Below, one piece after another: positions 61,455-64,000 of a stretch of DNA of 64,000 bases; the first letter of the stretch is position 1; each line of letters starts with the position of its first letter. The notes under the pieces are model-generated. The model saw only the letters and a list, made by a program, of their open reading frames with translations. It ran no database searches and was not told the DNA's origin. The position numbers and the translations under genes were made by a program. Source of the DNA: Acholeplasmataceae bacterium (GTDB taxonomy: Bacteria; Bacillota_I; Bacilli_A; Acholeplasmatales; Acholeplasmataceae); the NCBI GenBank assembly GCA_963667565.1, contig OY763415.1, forward strand, positions 320,001 through 384,000, read 5' to 3'.

Positions 61455-61760
61455 ATGACACATAAAATAGAACTATTACATTCCAAAAAATCTATAGATG
61501 ACTTTATTGAATCAATTACACAATTAGATTACTTTACAATCATTAATCAATATAGAGATAAAGATTTGGCAATTTTATATTTGGAGAAAAAACTGCTGAG
61601 AATCTATACAACCTCAATTATTCTTTCACTATATATTAAAGTAAATCAATTACAATCAATTGATATTCATCTAGATATTATGAGTCCTGTAAAAGAAGGT
61701 ATGTTCTCTGATTTTAATGCTACTAAAGTCTTAATAGAAAAAATAAAAAAATGTCTATAA
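61455..61760 (+). CDS. hypothetical protein
   Basis: 101-aa ORF, no clear SD, no motif confidently recognised. Confidence 0.55.
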   Translation: MTHKIELLHSKKSIDDFIESITQLDYFTIINQYRDKDLAILYLEKKLLRIYTTSIILSLYIKVNQLQSIDIHLDIMSPVKEGMFSDFNATKVLIEKIKKCL

Positions 61761-61786
61761 AATAAGTGATTTACATATTTTTAGTG

Positions 61787-61814
61787 AAAAATAGGACATA
61801 TCCGCCCTGTTTTT
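61787..61814 (+). repeat. 28-bp direct repeat copy 2
   Basis: Identical to 61169-61196; TAAAAT at 61831, same 44-nt offset. Confidence 0.9.
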
Positions 61815-61901
61815 AATATGGTTTTTGGCATAAAATATAAGTGTAGAGCAAAATGATATAAAAATCATGGGGGTTTTAATATCGAAAAATCAAGGTTTTA
61901 T

Positions 61902-62267
61902 ATGCTTGGAGGGTTTATCACTGTTGTGATTTCATTCTTCATGATCTATCATCAACTTTATAGATTTACTGATGACTTTGTCATTGATGATATCAACCAA
62001 GTTGCGATACTGATGAATTTAGAGGTTTCTCAAGTCGCAAGATATCAAGATGATGATACTTTTTACTATGTCGTAGATTATCAAAAAGAAAGTAATCATA
62101 TTAAAGAAATTTCAAGCCTTATCTATATATATCATTTAGATACACAAATTTCATATTATTTTGATATCAGTGATTCTGAATCTTATCAAGATGATTTAAC
62201 CAAAGTCAAGTATTTAGAAGAACATTCAAAGCGTACAATCATTGACCCCTCCCCGTTTAATGATTGA
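61902..62267 (+). CDS. small single-pass membrane/secreted hypothetical protein
   Basis: N-terminal hydrophobic helix; frame open upstream to ATC at 61881 behind GGGGG. Confidence 0.7.
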   Translation: MLGGFITVVISFFMIYHQLYRFTDDFVIDDINQVAILMNLEVSQVARYQDDDTFYYVVDYQKESNHIKEISSLIYIYHLDTQISYYFDISDSESYQDDLTKVKYLEEHSKRTIIDPSPFND

Positions 62268-62272
62268 TATAG

Positions 62273-62307
62273 AAAAAGCATCCTTATGATCGGAAGGATG
62301 CTTTTTT
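62273..62307. terminator. bidirectional terminator
   Basis: AAAAAGCATCCTT...AAGGATGCTTTTT between convergent genes. Confidence 0.85.
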
Positions 62308-62324
62308 ATTGTTTGTGTTTATGA

Positions 62325-63803
62325 TTAAGTTATAAATAGTATACCAAGAATAGAAATCAAATTTGATAAGATGTGAACTGCCATTGGATAAACAATATTC
62401 TTTTGATTCTTAATATAAATAATACCAAAGACAAAGCCCATTATAATATAACCGATACCATTAATGAGTGCGCTTATAAAGGATGCTTCTCCAATTAAAT
62501 GGATTGAACCAAAGATGACAGAAGAAACAATTAAAGCAAGCACATTATTTTTAATAAGACCAAAGATTGATTTTCTAAAGATAAGCTCTTCAACAATAGG
62601 TCCAATAAATACGGCACTGATCACCATGAAAATAGCACCATTTGAATGTAGAATGTTAACGATTGCCATTTGATTGACAGATTCCTCAACAGGTTGATTA
62701 AATAGTTGAGAAAGTGCATCTGAAATAATTGAAGATACTAAGTTAGCAACAATTAAAAATACATATCCTGTAATAATGAATCCTATCATTCTTGAGAAGG
62801 AATCTTTTTTTGTAAGTTCTACATCATATGATAAATTAGGTTTTAGAATGAGGAGTAATACAGGTAATAAAATGATATAGATAATAAAATTAACTAATCC
62901 ATTTGCATAACCCGTTAAATCCCAATCCATATAGTCAATGACATAATAGTTTTCTGAAGTACTATTGTTAATTGGCGACACTTGATTTTGATATTCATAT
63001 AAAATAATATTTGATCCATCAGACCAAGTTTGAATATTTCCTGAGAATAAATCCCACATGGTTTCATCATGTGCTATAAGTGTTTGAAGGTCTACGTTGT
63101 TGACGTTTGCTACAATATAATAATTTATGTAATCTACATCTTGAATGACATATAAATCTTGACTATAATCACTAAAATAAGTGTCATAGAAATTAATATC
63201 AATTAAGCCTATAGCATTAGGATCTTTGATGATTTCATCAAACATTGGTGTAGCTAGAGAAATCAAGTTGAGTTGATCAACATTTATTGTTGTATAAATT
63301 GCATCATCATCTGAGACATAAAATTGGAATGGTTGAGTCATATCTTCGTCCCAATAAGTCATTGTACCATCGACGATATAATTTGCAAATAAATCATCTG
63401 GTAATGTATCTGTTTGGACGAGATCATTTGATATATTATAAAGTAGTGTATATGTTGAATAATATCCTAAAATATCTATATAGTTTGCATATGTTTCCAT
63501 ATAATCATTTGCATAGACATCGGTATCCATGATGGCGATGCCATAAGGATCATTGATTAAGTCATTAAGTACTTTTTCATCTTTGGTTAAATAGTCGATG
63601 TTATCTGGATTTGAAATAAAGACGATTTGTATAATACCAGCGACTAAAAACATGATGAGTACATAGTATAATATTGAAAAGATATACCGTGCTTTATTTT
63701 GGACTGGTTGGTCGACGTGTTTTTTCTTTTTTAATTCATCTTTAAATAAATCCTCAAACTGTATAATGTTATTTCCCTCATAATTTTCGTTTTCATTATG
63801 CAT
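62325..63803 (-). CDS. CPBP (CAAX/Abi) intramembrane glutamic protease with large extracellular tandem-repeat insert
   Basis: EELIFR, FGSIH, HILSN motifs; about 235-aa hydrophilic loop after the first TM; ATG at 63803 after AGGGTGA. Confidence 0.88.
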   Translation of the reverse strand: MHNENENYEGNNIIQFEDLFKDELKKKKHVDQPVQNKARYIFSILYYVLIMFLVAGIIQIVFISNPDNIDYLTKDEKVLNDLINDPYGIAIMDTDVYANDYMETYANYIDILGYYSTYTLLYNISNDLVQTDTLPDDLFANYIVDGTMTYWDEDMTQPFQFYVSDDDAIYTTINVDQLNLISLATPMFDEIIKDPNAIGLIDINFYDTYFSDYSQDLYVIQDVDYINYYIVANVNNVDLQTLIAHDETMWDLFSGNIQTWSDGSNIILYEYQNQVSPINNSTSENYYVIDYMDWDLTGYANGLVNFIIYIILLPVLLLILKPNLSYDVELTKKDSFSRMIGFIITGYVFLIVANLVSSIISDALSQLFNQPVEESVNQMAIVNILHSNGAIFMVISAVFIGPIVEELIFRKSIFGLIKNNVLALIVSSVIFGSIHLIGEASFISALINGIGYIIMGFVFGIIYIKNQKNIVYPMAVHILSNLISILGILFIT

Positions 63804-63905
63804 GTTTATCACCCTACTTTATTATAACTTATGATTAGTTTAATTGGTAGGTATATCCATAAAAATGTGATAATATATTATTAGATAGATCATGTGAGGA
63901 AAATG

Positions 63906-64000
63906 ATGAAACTCTTACTAGCAAGCCAAAATCAGCATAAAAAAGAAGAGATATTTCAAATCTTTAAAGACTATGATGTCGAATTACTGGATTTGTCTTT
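63906..64000 (+). CDS. rdgB: RdgB/HAM1 non-canonical purine NTP pyrophosphatase (3' partial)
   Basis: GAGGA SD; MKLLLASQNQHKKEEI matches the ATxNxxKxxE N-terminal motif. Confidence 0.72.
   Translation, partial: MKLLLASQNQHKKEEIFQIFKDYDVELLDLS

Noticed and set aside
61169..61814. Two identical 28-bp repeats as a CRISPR array or IS ends
   Set aside because: Only two copies, 618 bp apart in direct orientation; no cas, transposase or integrase gene nearby.
1781..63532. Many short antisense or alternate-frame ORFs in the track (e.g. 1781-2026, 29379-29678, 40959-41261, 55501-55794)
   Set aside because: They lie within well-supported genes, lack SDs and motifs, and are typical shadow ORFs.

Overview
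AT-rich, gene-dense chromosomal segment, mostly + strand, with TGA used as stop (code 11). It keeps Bacillus-like gene order but lacks the cell-wall and sporulation genes, which fits a wall-less Acholeplasmatales-type mollicute (inference). Contents in order: acc/fab operon with birA; rnr-smpB-patatin-PAP2-GNAT; T-box alaS-ruvX; an inserted DUF134/NifX-like/flavin disulfide reductase module; trmR-trhP1-trhP2; an accessory block (membrane EAL protein, M28 peptidase, CotH-like lipoprotein); greA-yqeGHK-rsfS-comEA-comEC-holA; rpsT; pgsA-recA; rny-ymdB-miaB-ricA; mutSL-miaA-aroK-aroQ-efp; two tandem GntR genes; rluB-cmk-rpsA-der-gpsA-hup; and a small accessory end region. No CRISPR array, rRNA, tRNA or transposase was seen. 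Best leads: (1) a duplicated 28-bp dyad lying 19 nt before a TAAAAT -10 box (ComR/Rgg-like geometry), in front of two paralogous small membrane-protein genes, one internally deleted; (2) a CPBP intramembrane protease carrying an extracellular 109-aa tandem repeat with PstS-like motifs; (3) a membrane-anchored protein with repeated Rho-N/HeH-like motifs in the cotE slot before mutS; (4) a perfect palindromic operator at the DUF134 module; (5) a terminator-like hairpin that hides the comEA ribosome-binding site. All calls were made by eye from motifs and gene order; no searches were run.
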